Assembly (NCBI GenBank): GCA_033762295.1 | Contig: JANRLW010000103.1 | Coordinates: forward strand, 1-48,288 | From: Capsulimonadales bacterium | GTDB lineage: Bacteria; Armatimonadota; Armatimonadia; Armatimonadales; Armatimonadaceae | Length of the DNA stretch: 48,288 nucleotides | Reading direction: 5' to 3' | Shown: positions 48,176 to 48,288 of the stretch, piece after piece | How the letters are laid out: every line of letters begins with the position of its first letter | Numbering within the stretch: position 1 is the first letter of the stretch | The notes under the pieces: generated by a model | The model's database searches: none | Seen by the model: the letters and a program-made list of their open reading frames with translations, nothing else | Told to the model about the DNA's origin: nothing | Program-made: the position numbers and the translations under genes

Positions 48176-48288
48176 TTAGAAGCCGCTACGGCGACCGCCG
48201 CCGCCCAGGCTACCCCCGCCGAACCCGCCGCCATAACCACCGCGACCGCCGCCATAACCGACCGCTCCCCGGCCCTGGCCGCCTTTAC
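48176..48288 (-). CDS. 3' end of a gene with a Gly-rich tail (partial)
   Basis: Minus-strand translation ...KGGQGRGAVGYGGGRGGYGGGFGGGSLGGGGRRSGF* with the stop at 48176-48178. Confidence 0.6.
   Translation of the reverse strand, partial: KGGQGRGAVGYGGGRGGYGGGFGGGSLGGGGRRSGF

Overview
GC-rich bacterial chromosomal segment with about 41 genes. The [34 protein letters not shown]9-DG prepilin-like proteins, a PEP-CTERM protein and a SARP-NB-ARC-TPR regulator suggest an Armatimonadota-like organism (inference only). Most of the window is housekeeping or carbohydrate metabolism: mpg, an aldo/keto reductase, prc, a Wzt/glycosyltransferase surface-glycan cluster, patA, mutY, four SDRs, a polyol dehydrogenase, GH127, GH9, xylB, groES/groEL with a CIRCE-like operator, and fdhD plus a FdhF/YdeP oxidoreductase. 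Three things stand out. (1) A 4.19-kb cassette (SARP/STAND regulator plus PEP-CTERM protein, with a candidate SARP box between them) is flanked by a perfect 90-bp direct repeat that duplicates the 3' end and terminator of a prepilin-like gene, and it encodes no recombinase. (2) A complete IS200/IS605 element (tnpA plus tnpB with intact catalytic motifs) has ends that imply a CCAT target, and it sits exactly between the ribosome-binding site and the ATG of an SDR gene. (3) An orphan ERF-family single-strand annealing protein lies outside any prophage. Several genes also look leaderless, with a GG-TAnnnT motif 5-6 nt before the start codon. No rRNA, tRNA or CRISPR array was seen. All product calls come from motif recognition by eye, not from database searches.
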